DNA of 62,276 nt from Pelagibacteraceae bacterium AG-426-P20 (GTDB lineage: Bacteria; Pseudomonadota; Alphaproteobacteria; Pelagibacterales; Pelagibacteraceae): contig QCNX01000001.1 in the NCBI GenBank assembly GCA_003210015.1, positions 1 to 62,276 on the forward strand. Reading direction: 5' to 3'. Every line of letters begins with the position of its first letter. Position 1 is the first letter of the stretch. Below, piece after piece: positions 1 to 9,663 of the stretch. Below the pieces are notes generated by a model. That model did not search any database, had not been told where the DNA came from, and saw only the letters and a program-made list of their open reading frames with translations. Both the position numbers and the translations under genes were made by a program.

Positions 1-2099
1 AAATCCTTTTTAAAAAAGACGAAACATCTTTGCAAGCTTTACTTCAATTAAAAAAAAGAAACTTAAATATTGAAAAATCAAAATCATCAGTAGTTTTTGA
101 TACAGGAACAAAAGCTGGTGAAAAAGTTAAGTTTAAATCAAAAGACAAATGTTATTGTATCTTTGCTGCACCAGGAAACAGAATGATGGTTCATGAACAA
201 AACCCATCTACTGAACTCACAATAATGGTAAAAAGATCGGTAATAAAAGAAGATAAAGATTTTTCATTAATTCCAGATCCTGTTTACGATCCATCTAATG
301 AAATAAATATTGCTAGAACAACTGCAAATTCTTATCAAGTTAAAGAAGGTGATTACATTCAGGTAATTACTCCCACTGGTAGACAGTGCTCTGATTTTGT
401 TGCTTACGATACTTCAAAACTAGATAAGGGAAAAGAAAATGGATTGGATTGGCAAACAACAAGAACTTTTATGGGTCATACTTTTCCAGGACCAGGTTTA
501 TTTTCAAAGTTTTATGATGTAGATCATGAACCTCTTGTTGAAGTAGTTAGAGATACCGTTGGAATTCACGATACATTTAATTTAGCTTGCACTTCTAAAT
601 ACTATGAAGACGCAGGGTATTTTGGACATGCAAACTGCTCTGATAATTTAAATGATGTTATGGAAAAATATGGTGTTCAAAAAAAAAGAGGTTGGCACGC
701 AATAAACTTATTTTTTAACACTTCTGCAGGTGGTCTAAACTCGGTATTATCAGATGAGTCATTTGCAAGACCTGGTGATTACGTAATTTTTAAAGCATTA
801 AAGGATCTAACTTGTGGTACTACTGCTTGTCCAAGTGATATTGATAGTTGTAATGGATGGAATCCGACTGATATATTTGTTAGAACTTATGACAAAAAAA
901 AAGAATTTACAAAATCTTTTGCTTTTAGAATGAAAACTGACTCAGAAAAAAAACTTACTAGAAATACTGGCTTCTATGAGAGAACTTCTAAGTTAACAAG
1001 AAACTTTGTTGATGCTCGAGGGTTTTGGCTACCAAATGATTATACTAAGCATGGTGTTATTAATGAATATACAGCATGTAGAGAAAAAGCTGTTGTAATT
1101 GATTTATCTTCATTGAGAAAATTTGAAATTATAGGGCCTGATGCAGAAGAGTTAATGAACTATACATTAACAAGGAATATCAAAAAACTCTCTGTTGGAC
1201 AGATTGTTTATTCGGCAATGTGTTATGAGAATGGCACAATGTTTGATGATGGTACTCTTTTAAGATTGAGCGAAACAGGCTTTAGATGGGTATGTGGAGA
1301 TGAATATGCTGGGGAATGGCTCAAAGAACAAGCGCAGAAAAAGAAATTTAAAGTCATTATAAAAAATTCAACTGATCAAATTAATAATATTTCAGTTCAA
1401 GGACCTAATAGTAGAAAAATTTTAGAAAAAATAATTTTTACACCACCAACACAACCAACAATTTCTGAACTTCAATGGTTTAGATTTACTATTTGTAGAT
1501 TAGAAGAATTAAATGGAATTCCTTTAATCGTTTCAAGAACAGGTTATACTGGTGAACTAGGATACGAAGTTTGGTGCCACCCTGATCATGCGCCTCAAGT
1601 TTGGGACAAAGTAATGGAGGCAGGTAAAAATGAAGGATTGATACCTGCGGGATTTGCTGCACTAGATTTGTTGAGAATTGAAGCTGGGTTAGTTTTATTT
1701 GGTAATGAGTTTGACGGGCAACAAGACCCTTACGAGGCTGGCATAGGTTTTGCTGTACCACTTAAAACAAAAACTGACGAATTTATTGGTAAAGAAAATT
1801 TAATTAAAAGAAAAGAAAATCCACAAAAGAAATTGGTTGGGCTTGAATTGATAGGTAAAGAAAAAGCCAATCATGGAGACTGTGTTCATATTGGAAGAGC
1901 ACAAGTTGGAATAGTAACTAGTGCATGCTTATCTCCAACTCTTGGGAAAAATATTGCTTTATGTAGAATTGACGTTGGCCATTCAGAAATAAACACTGAA
2001 GTTGAAATTGGAAAAATTGATGGTCATCAAAAAAGAATTCCAGCGAAAATAGTTGGATTTCCTCACTACGATCCACAAAAAACAAAAGTTAGATCTTAA
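1..2099 (+). CDS. tdm: Trimethylamine N-oxide demethylase (DUF1989 + GcvT-like THF-binding domains), 5'-truncated by the window edge
   Basis: DUF1989-type motifs GRQCSDF, HDTFNLAC, HANCSDN, ACPSDID followed by an aminomethyltransferase domain (DLSSLRKFEI, DDGTLLRL, SRTGYTGELGYE, LRIEAG). The frame is open back to position 3, so the TTG at 30 is not the true start. Next to the mgs/gmaS cluster. Confidence 0.85.
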   Translation, partial: ILFKKDETSLQALLQLKKRNLNIEKSKSSVVFDTGTKAGEKVKFKSKDKCYCIFAAPGNRMMVHEQNPSTELTIMVKRSVIKEDKDFSLIPDPVYDPSNEINIARTTANSYQVKEGDYIQVITPTGRQCSDFVAYDTSKLDKGKENGLDWQTTRTFMGHTFPGPGLFSKFYDVDHEPLVEVVRDTVGIHDTFNLACTSKYYEDAGYFGHANCSDNLNDVMEKYGVQKKRGWHAINLFFNTSAGGLNSVLSDESFARPGDYVIFKALKDLTCGTTACPSDIDSCNGWNPTDIFVRTYDKKKEFTKSFAFRMKTDSEKKLTRNTGFYERTSKLTRNFVDARGFWLPNDYTKHGVINEYTACREKAVVIDLSSLRKFEIIGPDAEELMNYTLTRNIKKLSVGQIVYSAMCYENGTMFDDGTLLRLSETGFRWVCGDEYAGEWLKEQAQKKKFKVIIKNSTDQINNISVQGPNSRKILEKIIFTPPTQPTISELQWFRFTICRLEELNGIPLIVSRTGYTGELGYEVWCHPDHAPQVWDKVMEAGKNEGLIPAGFAALDLLRIEAGLVLFGNEFDGQQDPYEAGIGFAVPLKTKTDEFIGKENLIKRKENPQKKLVGLELIGKEKANHGDCVHIGRAQVGIVTSACLSPTLGKNIALCRIDVGHSEINTEVEIGKIDGHQKRIPAKIVGFPHYDPQKTKVRS

Positions 2100-2447
2100 A
2101 TGAAAACTACAAAAGAGTTATTGAATTTTTGGGAAGATCAAATGAAATTATCTCATACTTCAAGCAATTATTTTTTTCGTAAATCTCCATCACATTATCA
2201 TATGATGCTTTTAGTAATGAATGCATATAAATATAACGAAAATTTAACAGTCGAAGAGTTAAAAACTAGATTATTTAAAACTTCTAGGCCAAAATCTGCA
2301 TTAATGATCACTGAAGCTTGTGAGAAGGGTTTTTTCTTACTAGAAAAAACATCTAATGATCAAAGAAAAAAATTTATAAAACCAACTGAAAGTTTCATAA
2401 ATGAATTTGAGGATTACTTAAAAAGATTGAGAGAAATTTCAATCTAA
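2100..2447 (+). CDS. Putative MarR-like winged-helix DNA-binding protein
   Basis: 115 aa. Helical region followed by the wing motif DQRKKFIKPT (DxR..i.lT-like). ATG directly follows the tdm stop codon. Confidence 0.55.
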   Translation: MKTTKELLNFWEDQMKLSHTSSNYFFRKSPSHYHMMLLVMNAYKYNENLTVEELKTRLFKTSRPKSALMITEACEKGFFLLEKTSNDQRKKFIKPTESFINEFEDYLKRLREISI

Positions 2448-5134
2448 CCAGTATTCTTCATTGCTGCTGATATTCCAGCTATTGAAGTAATCATTGCGTC
2501 ATTAAGATATTTTTTGTCAACATTTTTTAATTTCTTATTAGTGGTTTTATTCATTACCACTGCTTGCAAAATATTTAAAACTTCTGAATAAATATTCCTA
2601 ACCAAAACAGTTGTTCGAAATTTTTTTCTTTGATTAAGTATTTCTACTGGAGTTATGTATTTATTTAATCTTTTTATAATATCAAATTCAGATCTAAGTT
2701 TATGACCCACTTCTTTCAATTTTTTATCAGCGAGATTATTTTCGTAAACCTCTGAAATTTCTGGATCAACTTTTGAAACCACCATATCTAATATATCCAT
2801 TGTAGAATTGAAAAATGGCCAATTCTTCTCCATATCTGTAAGTATTTTTTTATATTTTCTATTAGATGAGTATTTTAATGCATCGCCTGTTCCTAGCCAT
2901 GCTGGGAGCATTAATCTAATTTGAGTCCAGGCAAACACCCAAGGTATAGCTCTTAAACTTTGAATATTATCAACATTCTTTCTTTTTGAAGGTCGTGATC
3001 CAATCGACAGTTTTCCAAGAGCTAAATGAGGTGTTACAGTTTTAAAATACCTAATAAAATCAGAATTTTCATTAATATTTTTTCTATATGCTGCTGTTGA
3101 AATTTTTGTCATTTTTTCAATTAAATTTCTCCAACTATCTTTAGGGTATGGAGGTGGATTTAAAGTTGCTTGCATAACAGATCCTATATAACTGCATAAA
3201 TTATATTTTGCTAAAGGTTCATAACCATATTTTTGTTGTATCATCTCACCTTGATCAGTAATTCTAATACGTCCATATACTGATTTTGGTGGTTGTGATC
3301 TCATCGTTGCTTGAATTGGACCGCCACCACGACCTGCTGAACCTCCTCTACCATGAAAAAAAGTGAGTTGGATTTTGTATTTCTTTGCAATCTTTAAAAC
3401 TTCCTCCTGAAGTTTATATTGATGCCAGCTAGCTGATAATTTACCAGCATCTTTACTTGAGTCTGAATAGCCAATCATAATCTCCTGTTGATTACGTATC
3501 AATTTTCTATACCAGCTTAATGAAAAAAGTTTTTCCATTATAGATTTCGCATTTTTTAAATCTTGTAAAGTTTCAAAAAGTGGAACCACTCGTAATTTAG
3601 TTTCTATATTTGCCTCTTTCTGCATCAAATAAACTGCTAAAATATCAGATGCGGCTGAAGTCATAGATATTACATATGCGCCTAGGCATTCTGTAGGTTC
3701 TTCGGCTAAAATTTTAAATGTTGACCAAACCTCGTTATTTTCTTTGTTTTTAAAAATAAAATTCTTAAAATTCTTTTTAGTATTTCTCATAGCATTTGAT
3801 AAGTATCTAATTTTTTTATCCTCATCCCATGCTAGAAAATTAGAATTATTATTCCGCTTAATAAATTCTGCTAATAACTGCGCATGCCTTGAAGACTCTT
3901 GTCGTATATCTATTTTAGCAAGATTTATTCCAAAACATTTAGCTCTTCTCATTAAATCAAGCAATTCACCACTTGCTATATTTTCACTCTGATTATTTTC
4001 TAAAGATTCACGTACAACTCTTAATGGTTTTAAAATCTCTTCCTTGGACGATAAAAGTTTTTTTGGATTTAATGGTTTGTTTGCAACTAAATGTCTTTCA
4101 ATATGTCTGTGAGTTTTTCTCATTTTGTCTCTCAATGGTCTTAGAAAAACTCTATATGGCTCGTAAGTTTTTCCAGTAATTTTTAATATCTTTTTTGAAC
4201 ATTTATCCATAGAAAGTCCTCTAATTAATTTAGTTAATTCTTTCTCATAAAGTTTTGCAGCTTCCCATCTGGATAATAAAATTACCTCTTTAGTAGTTGT
4301 TGATGTCACATTGGGATTACCATCTCTATCACCGCCCATCCATGAACCGAACTCAATTGGATTAAAATTTTTTGGCAAACTTTTGCCCATGTGTTTTAAA
4401 AATATAGCATTCAACCTTCTATAAACTTTTGGAATAGTTTCCCATAAACTGTCCTCGATTACAGCTAGTCCCCACCTTGCCTCCTCTACTGGAGTCGGTT
4501 TAAATCTTTTTAAATCATCAGTATTCCATATAATTGTAAATTCATCGTAAAGTTTTTTATCTAAAATTTTCAATCTTGATGGTTTATTTTTAAGAAGATC
4601 TCTTTGATCCATTATCTCTGTAATTTTGTGGTACTTTTGAATTAATGTCCTTCTTTTTACCTCAGTGGGATGAGCGGTAAGAACTATTCCAATATGAAGA
4701 TTTTTTGCGATGTTATATATCTTTTGAGGCTTAATTTTTTTATTTTTAAAAAGACTTTCAAAAATTTCCTCAATAAAAATATTTTTATGTTTGTCTTTTA
4801 AATTTGAGTTTTCATATTCATCTAATTTTCTAGATGCATCTATTGACTCAGTAAGATTAATAAAATTCATAAAATGTGTAAATGCTCTAGCTAATTTGAA
4901 TATTTTTATAGGTTTTAGTTTCTGAATTTCTGAAGTAATTTTCTTAAATCTATTTTTATTATTTTTATTTTTGGTATTTGCTTTGGATAATAGTCTTATC
5001 TTTTCAACTAAATTGAAAAAACTTTCGCCCTCTTGTTTTTTTATTACTCTACCTAAGATATTTCCTAAATATCTAACATCATCTCTTAAAGATTTGGTAG
5101 GTATACTCTCATAATAAAGATCTCTTTTTAACAT
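2444..5134 (-). CDS. ppc: Phosphoenolpyruvate carboxylase
   Basis: VLTAHPTE, GSWMGGDRDGNP, MIGYSDSSKDAG, FHGRGGSAGRGG, LRAIPWVFAWTQ and C-terminal MKNTG; 896 aa. Confidence 0.97.
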   Translation of the reverse strand: MLKRDLYYESIPTKSLRDDVRYLGNILGRVIKKQEGESFFNLVEKIRLLSKANTKNKNNKNRFKKITSEIQKLKPIKIFKLARAFTHFMNFINLTESIDASRKLDEYENSNLKDKHKNIFIEEIFESLFKNKKIKPQKIYNIAKNLHIGIVLTAHPTEVKRRTLIQKYHKITEIMDQRDLLKNKPSRLKILDKKLYDEFTIIWNTDDLKRFKPTPVEEARWGLAVIEDSLWETIPKVYRRLNAIFLKHMGKSLPKNFNPIEFGSWMGGDRDGNPNVTSTTTKEVILLSRWEAAKLYEKELTKLIRGLSMDKCSKKILKITGKTYEPYRVFLRPLRDKMRKTHRHIERHLVANKPLNPKKLLSSKEEILKPLRVVRESLENNQSENIASGELLDLMRRAKCFGINLAKIDIRQESSRHAQLLAEFIKRNNNSNFLAWDEDKKIRYLSNAMRNTKKNFKNFIFKNKENNEVWSTFKILAEEPTECLGAYVISMTSAASDILAVYLMQKEANIETKLRVVPLFETLQDLKNAKSIMEKLFSLSWYRKLIRNQQEIMIGYSDSSKDAGKLSASWHQYKLQEEVLKIAKKYKIQLTFFHGRGGSAGRGGGPIQATMRSQPPKSVYGRIRITDQGEMIQQKYGYEPLAKYNLCSYIGSVMQATLNPPPYPKDSWRNLIEKMTKISTAAYRKNINENSDFIRYFKTVTPHLALGKLSIGSRPSKRKNVDNIQSLRAIPWVFAWTQIRLMLPAWLGTGDALKYSSNRKYKKILTDMEKNWPFFNSTMDILDMVVSKVDPEISEVYENNLADKKLKEVGHKLRSEFDIIKRLNKYITPVEILNQRKKFRTTVLVRNIYSEVLNILQAVVMNKTTNKKLKNVDKKYLNDAMITSIAGISAAMKNTG

Positions 5135-5170
5135 TCAAATTTTCCTTTGAATTTAAGAATATCTATTTTC

Positions 5171-6064
5171 TTATATTTTTTTACCATTTAAAACTGACTT
5201 AACAGTTTCGCCCATTACTGATGGATTCTTTGATATTGTCACACCACACTCTTTCAAAAGCTCAACTTTCTCTACTGCACTTTCGCCATATGCAGAAACA
5301 ATAGCACCTGCATGACCCATTACTCTTCCCTTTGGAGCTGTTAGTCCTGCAATGTATCCTATAACTGGTTTTTTCATATTATCTTTTGCAAACTCTCCTG
5401 CTGCAACTTCTTGTGGTCCACCAATCTCACCAATCATTAAAATTGCATCAGTTTCATTATCAGTCTCAAATTTTTCAATTATATCTCTAAATGAGCTTCC
5501 ATTAATTGGATCTCCTCCAATTCCAACACTGGTCGAAATTCCAATTCCTAAATTTTTCATTTGTTCTGCCGCCTCATAGCCTAAAGTTCCCGATCTGCTT
5601 ATTATTCCAACTTTACCCTCTTTATAAATATGACCGGGCATAATTCCCAGCATTGATTTTCCTGGACTAATAATTCCTGCACAATTTGGTCCGACTAATG
5701 TCATTTTTTCATTTCTAGAATACCTTCTCATATATCTTTTAATTCTGATCATGTCATGAGATGGAATACCATCAACTATAGCTACACAAGTTTTTATACC
5801 CGCATCTGCTGCTTCCATTGCAGAGTCAGCTGCAAAAGCTGGTGGTACAAATAATATTGATGCTGTTGCTCCAGTATGTTTCACAGCATCTTTGACTGTA
5901 TTAAAAACAGGTCTATCCAGATGTTTTTGACCTCCTTTTCCGGGAGTTACACCGCCAACAACATTAGATCCATATTTTATCATTTCTTCTGCATGAAAAG
6001 TCCCCATCTTTCCAGTGAAGCCTTGTATTAAAATTTTTGTATTTTTTTCAATTATGACTGCCAT
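5171..6064 (-). CDS. mtkB: Malate--CoA ligase (malate thiokinase) alpha subunit, SucD family
   Basis: QGFTGKMGTFH, GPNCAGIISPG, phospho-His motif MGHAGA; lies between mtkA and ppc. Confidence 0.85.
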   Translation of the reverse strand: MAVIIEKNTKILIQGFTGKMGTFHAEEMIKYGSNVVGGVTPGKGGQKHLDRPVFNTVKDAVKHTGATASILFVPPAFAADSAMEAADAGIKTCVAIVDGIPSHDMIRIKRYMRRYSRNEKMTLVGPNCAGIISPGKSMLGIMPGHIYKEGKVGIISRSGTLGYEAAEQMKNLGIGISTSVGIGGDPINGSSFRDIIEKFETDNETDAILMIGEIGGPQEVAAGEFAKDNMKKPVIGYIAGLTAPKGRVMGHAGAIVSAYGESAVEKVELLKECGVTISKNPSVMGETVKSVLNGKKI

Positions 6065-6065
6065 T

Positions 6066-7229
6066 TTATTTTTTTAATGCCGCTACTGCTTTATTAGCAG
6101 CATCCTCTAAAGTGTTAGCTTCAATATAATTTAACTTACTATCCCTAAGAATTTTATTTCCTTTTTCAACATTAGTTCCTGCTAATCTTATTACTAAAGG
6201 AACCTTTATTTCTATTTTTTCTAATGCTTGAACTATTCCCTCCGCAACCCAATCACATCTATTTATTCCAGCAAAAATGTTTACTAAAATTACTTTTACT
6301 TTCTTATCCATCGTGATTAATTTAAAAGCTTTTACTATTTTTTCTGGTGTTGCCCCTCCACCTACATCAAGAAAATTAGCTGGTTCTCCCCCTGCTAGTT
6401 TAATCATATCCATAGATGCCATTGCTAATCCAGCGCCATTAATAATATTTCCAATATTTCCATCTAAGCTTACGTAATTTAGACCTCTATCAGATGCATA
6501 AACTTCTTTTTCATCTTCTTGAGTTTTATCTCTAAGTTCAGATACTTTATCTCTCCTAAACATTGCATTATTATCAAAGCTCATTTTACAATCTAAAGCT
6601 AAGATTTGTTTTTGTTTTGAAATTACTAATGGGTTAACTTCAACCATTGTAGCATCCAATTCACTAAAAGCTTTAGCGCAGCCAATAATAGTTTCAGATG
6701 CTCTCCTTATTAATTCTGGTTCGATACCAAGACCAAATGCCAATTCCCTTGCTTGAAAACTTTGTATACCAACCGCAACTTCAATTTTTGATCTAATAAT
6801 AGATTGTGGTTTTTCTTTAGCAATTTCCTCCACACTCATTCCACCTTCAGTGGAAGCTACAACCATTATACTTTCTGAACTTCTATCAAAAACTAATCCT
6901 AAATATAATTCTTTCTCAATGTCAGTTGCTTCCTCAATATAAATTCTATTAACTATTTTACCTTCAGGACCAGTTTGATTTGTTACTAATTTTTTTCCTA
7001 AGAGTTTATCTGTTGCTTGAGCAACTTCTAAAGGTGTATTGCAAATAATTACTCCGCCTGCTTTACCTCTTGCCCCCGAGTGTATTTGTGCTTTTACTAC
7101 CCACTTTGATCCCCCTATTTCTCTAGCTTTATTCTCTGCTGTCTCAGGGCTATAAACTATTCCACCTCTCGGAACTGTAACACCAAAACTAGATAAAATT
7201 TCTTTTGCTTGATATTCGTGTATATCCAT
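6066..7229 (-). CDS. mtkA: Malate--CoA ligase (malate thiokinase) beta subunit, SucC family
   Basis: MDIHEYQAKE, KAQIHSGARGKAGG, NGAGLAM; MtkA-type NIFAGINRCDWVAEG, where SucC typically has NIFGGI[VM]RCD; adjacent to mcl. Confidence 0.88.
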   Translation of the reverse strand: MDIHEYQAKEILSSFGVTVPRGGIVYSPETAENKAREIGGSKWVVKAQIHSGARGKAGGVIICNTPLEVAQATDKLLGKKLVTNQTGPEGKIVNRIYIEEATDIEKELYLGLVFDRSSESIMVVASTEGGMSVEEIAKEKPQSIIRSKIEVAVGIQSFQARELAFGLGIEPELIRRASETIIGCAKAFSELDATMVEVNPLVISKQKQILALDCKMSFDNNAMFRRDKVSELRDKTQEDEKEVYASDRGLNYVSLDGNIGNIINGAGLAMASMDMIKLAGGEPANFLDVGGGATPEKIVKAFKLITMDKKVKVILVNIFAGINRCDWVAEGIVQALEKIEIKVPLVIRLAGTNVEKGNKILRDSKLNYIEANTLEDAANKAVAALKK

Positions 7230-7231
7230 AT

Positions 7232-8170
7232 TTATTTATTATTAATTTTTTTATCAATACTAACAATATTTTCTGCCATTCTTGCTGATGCAGCATCTAT
7301 CATTCTTCCATCGAGTTGGGCAGCACCTTTTCCTGCTTTAGCAGCCTTATCTAATTCCTCTAAAATTCTTTTTGCTTTAGTTACTTCTGATGAAGGTGGA
7401 GAAAAAACTTTATTAGCAAGTTCAATTTGTGAAGGATGAATTGCCCATTTACCTTCTATGCCAATAGCTGCTCCTCTTTTTGCTGCTTCGATATAGGCAT
7501 CAGGATCATTAAAATCACCAAATGGACCATCAATTGCTCTTAAACCATATGCTCTACAAGTCATAACTAATTGAGAAAGTCCATGGTGCCATTGATCACC
7601 CGGATAATCAGGATTTAATCCTCCTATGACAACAGTCCTAGCTCTCAAGCTTGCCGCATAATCAGCAACTCCAAAATGAAGTGCCTCTAACCTTTCACTA
7701 GATTTTGCAATCTCTTTAATGTTCGACATCCCCAGTGCTGTCTCAATTAAACATTCAATGCCTATTTTATTTTTAAATTTTTTGCTGGTTTCTATTTGTG
7801 TCAATAAACAATCAACCATATAAACATCACTAGCAGTTCCAGCTTTTGGTAAAAGAATCGTATCAAGTTTTTCTCCTACTTCTTCAACTATATCGACCAA
7901 ATCTCTATACATATAATGCGTATCAGGACTATTTATTCTTACCGATATAGTTTTTCCACCCTCTCTCCAATTAATATCTTTCAAAGCTTTGATTACATTT
8001 TGACGAGCTGAAATCTTATCCATTGGTGATACCGCATCTTCCAGATCTAAAAAAATATAATCTGCTTTGGAATTTAAAGCTTTTTCAAACATTTCAGGTG
8101 AAGAGCCAGGTACAGCTAGTTCACTTCTTTGCAGTCTTGATCTTGCTGGTTTATAATATTTAAAACTCAT
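7232..8170 (-). CDS. mcl: Malyl-CoA/beta-methylmalyl-CoA lyase (CitE superfamily)
   Basis: RLQRSELAVPGS, FLDLEDAV, SVRINSPDT, LIETALG, LHFGVADYAAS, GKWAIHPSQI, GRMIDAAS. Confidence 0.92.
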   Translation of the reverse strand: MSFKYYKPARSRLQRSELAVPGSSPEMFEKALNSKADYIFLDLEDAVSPMDKISARQNVIKALKDINWREGGKTISVRINSPDTHYMYRDLVDIVEEVGEKLDTILLPKAGTASDVYMVDCLLTQIETSKKFKNKIGIECLIETALGMSNIKEIAKSSERLEALHFGVADYAASLRARTVVIGGLNPDYPGDQWHHGLSQLVMTCRAYGLRAIDGPFGDFNDPDAYIEAAKRGAAIGIEGKWAIHPSQIELANKVFSPPSSEVTKAKRILEELDKAAKAGKGAAQLDGRMIDAASARMAENIVSIDKKINNK

Positions 8171-8206
8171 TCAAATATTATAAATTTTGTTTAAATTCTT
8201 TAATTA

Positions 8207-8230
8207 ATATAATTAACGTATTAATTATAT
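8207..8230. promoter_or_regulatory. Perfect inverted repeat in the divergent promoter region; candidate operator
   Basis: ATATAATTAA-CGTA-TTAATTATAT between mcl and the flavoprotein operon; arms are all A/T so chance is possible. Confidence 0.35.
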
Positions 8231-8305
8231 ATATAGTTTTTAGTAGTAAAAAATAAACTTTAAAAAAATTTTTCCTTTTGTTACAGATTCATTAATTAGT
8301 GAATT

Positions 8306-9634
8306 ATGTCAAAATTACCAACTAAAGCAAAAGTAGTAATAATTGGTGGCGGTATCCACGGTCTTAGTACTGCTTGGAAATTATCTGAGACATACAAAAA
8401 TCCTGGAGACATAGTAGTCCTAGAAAAAAAAGACACTGCAGCAGGTGCAAGTGGAATAGCCTGTGGTGTAATTAGAAATAATTATTTTCAGCCAGCAATG
8501 AGAGAGTTGATGGCTCATTCAGTTTCAGTTTGGGAAAGTGATCCAAAAGCATTTAAATATAATGCAGTTGGTTATTTACAAATATCTCCTGAAGTTATGC
8601 ATAAAGATGTTGCAACAATTTATGAACAGCAAAAAGCAATAGGATACGACTCTGAATTCATTGAAGGTGAAAAAGATTGCATGAATTATATGAAAGGTAT
8701 GTTTGACGATTGGCAAGCCCAAGGAATTACTTCGGTACTTCATGAAAAAAAGGGTGGTTACGCGTTCAATAAAGATTCAATCAAAGCTCTTGAGAATAAA
8801 TCTACATCTAATGGCGTTCAAGTTATTAAAGGTGTTAAAGTAAATGGATTTAAAAGAGGAAGTAATAGCAAAGCTGTTACAGGTGTTGAAACCGATAAAG
8901 GAACTATAGACTGTGAACAGGTGGTTATTGGTGCAGGCCCTTGGGCTAGAGATTTTTGGAATATGCTTGAACTTCCTAAAACTGCAAATATTAAAGGTAA
9001 AGATGGTAAAATGCACACAACTGACATGTGGACATATTGGATGTTACAGGAAGGTGTAATTGGTGTTGAGCCAGATTTTTTAAAAATGAATAATGGTAAA
9101 GCACCACCTGTTATTCACGTAGACTCTACTGCACCTTTGTATTCTGATAAAACAAAAAAATTAATTACAGATAAAATTTGGGGAATTTATTATAAACCAG
9201 ATATCGAAGGCTTAGGAGTGCAAGGTGGTACCTCTCCTTATATTGTTGATAAACATTTTGATCAAGTGAATGTGGATCCTTACGGAATTGACTCACCAGA
9301 GTATCAAACTACTGAAGCGTTTAATGATATGTGGTGTTCTGCTTTGGCTCATTGTCAAAAAAGATTTGAAGGTAAGTCTGATCTTTATAGAAAAGGTCCA
9401 TCAGGTGGATTGGGATGTATGACACCAGACTCTTTCCCGATATTTGATAGATTTTTAGAGAACGTTTATATGATTGCTGATGCTAATCACGGTTATAAAA
9501 TGATTGGTGTTGGTGAATTAGTTGCAAAAGAAATTTTAGGACAAGAGAGTGATTTGTTGAAACCATTCAGATTCAACCGTTACGAGAAGGGTGAACTTCA
9601 CCCTACTTCGAACAGTCCGTTTCCTTGGAGCTAG
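8306..9634 (+). CDS. FAD-dependent amine oxidoreductase, DAO/sarcosine oxidase beta (SoxB/MgdA-like) family
   Basis: VVIIGGGIHG Rossmann motif, GASGIACGVIRNNY, TPDSFPIF, HGYKM; first gene of the NMG operon. Confidence 0.8.
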   Translation: MSKLPTKAKVVIIGGGIHGLSTAWKLSETYKNPGDIVVLEKKDTAAGASGIACGVIRNNYFQPAMRELMAHSVSVWESDPKAFKYNAVGYLQISPEVMHKDVATIYEQQKAIGYDSEFIEGEKDCMNYMKGMFDDWQAQGITSVLHEKKGGYAFNKDSIKALENKSTSNGVQVIKGVKVNGFKRGSNSKAVTGVETDKGTIDCEQVVIGAGPWARDFWNMLELPKTANIKGKDGKMHTTDMWTYWMLQEGVIGVEPDFLKMNNGKAPPVIHVDSTAPLYSDKTKKLITDKIWGIYYKPDIEGLGVQGGTSPYIVDKHFDQVNVDPYGIDSPEYQTTEAFNDMWCSALAHCQKRFEGKSDLYRKGPSGGLGCMTPDSFPIFDRFLENVYMIADANHGYKMIGVGELVAKEILGQESDLLKPFRFNRYEKGELHPTSNSPFPWS

Positions 9635-9663
9635 CTGATCTAAGTAGACAGACGTTTTTTTTT
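9615..9663 (+). terminator. Terminator/attenuator-like hairpin spanning the flavoprotein stop codon
   Basis: GTCCGTTT(9615-22)/AGACAGAC(9646-53) and CTTGGA(9624-29)/TCTAAG(9639-44) stems, followed by 9 T (9655-63). Confidence 0.5.

Noticed and set aside
1-2099. Glycine cleavage T protein (gcvT) or DmdA
   Set aside because: The extra N-terminal DUF1989 domain with Cys ligands and the mgs/gmaS context fit Tdm better
5171-7229. Ordinary succinyl-CoA synthetase sucCD
   Set aside because: MtkA-type FAGINRCDW motif; flanked by mcl and ppc rather than mdh/sucAB
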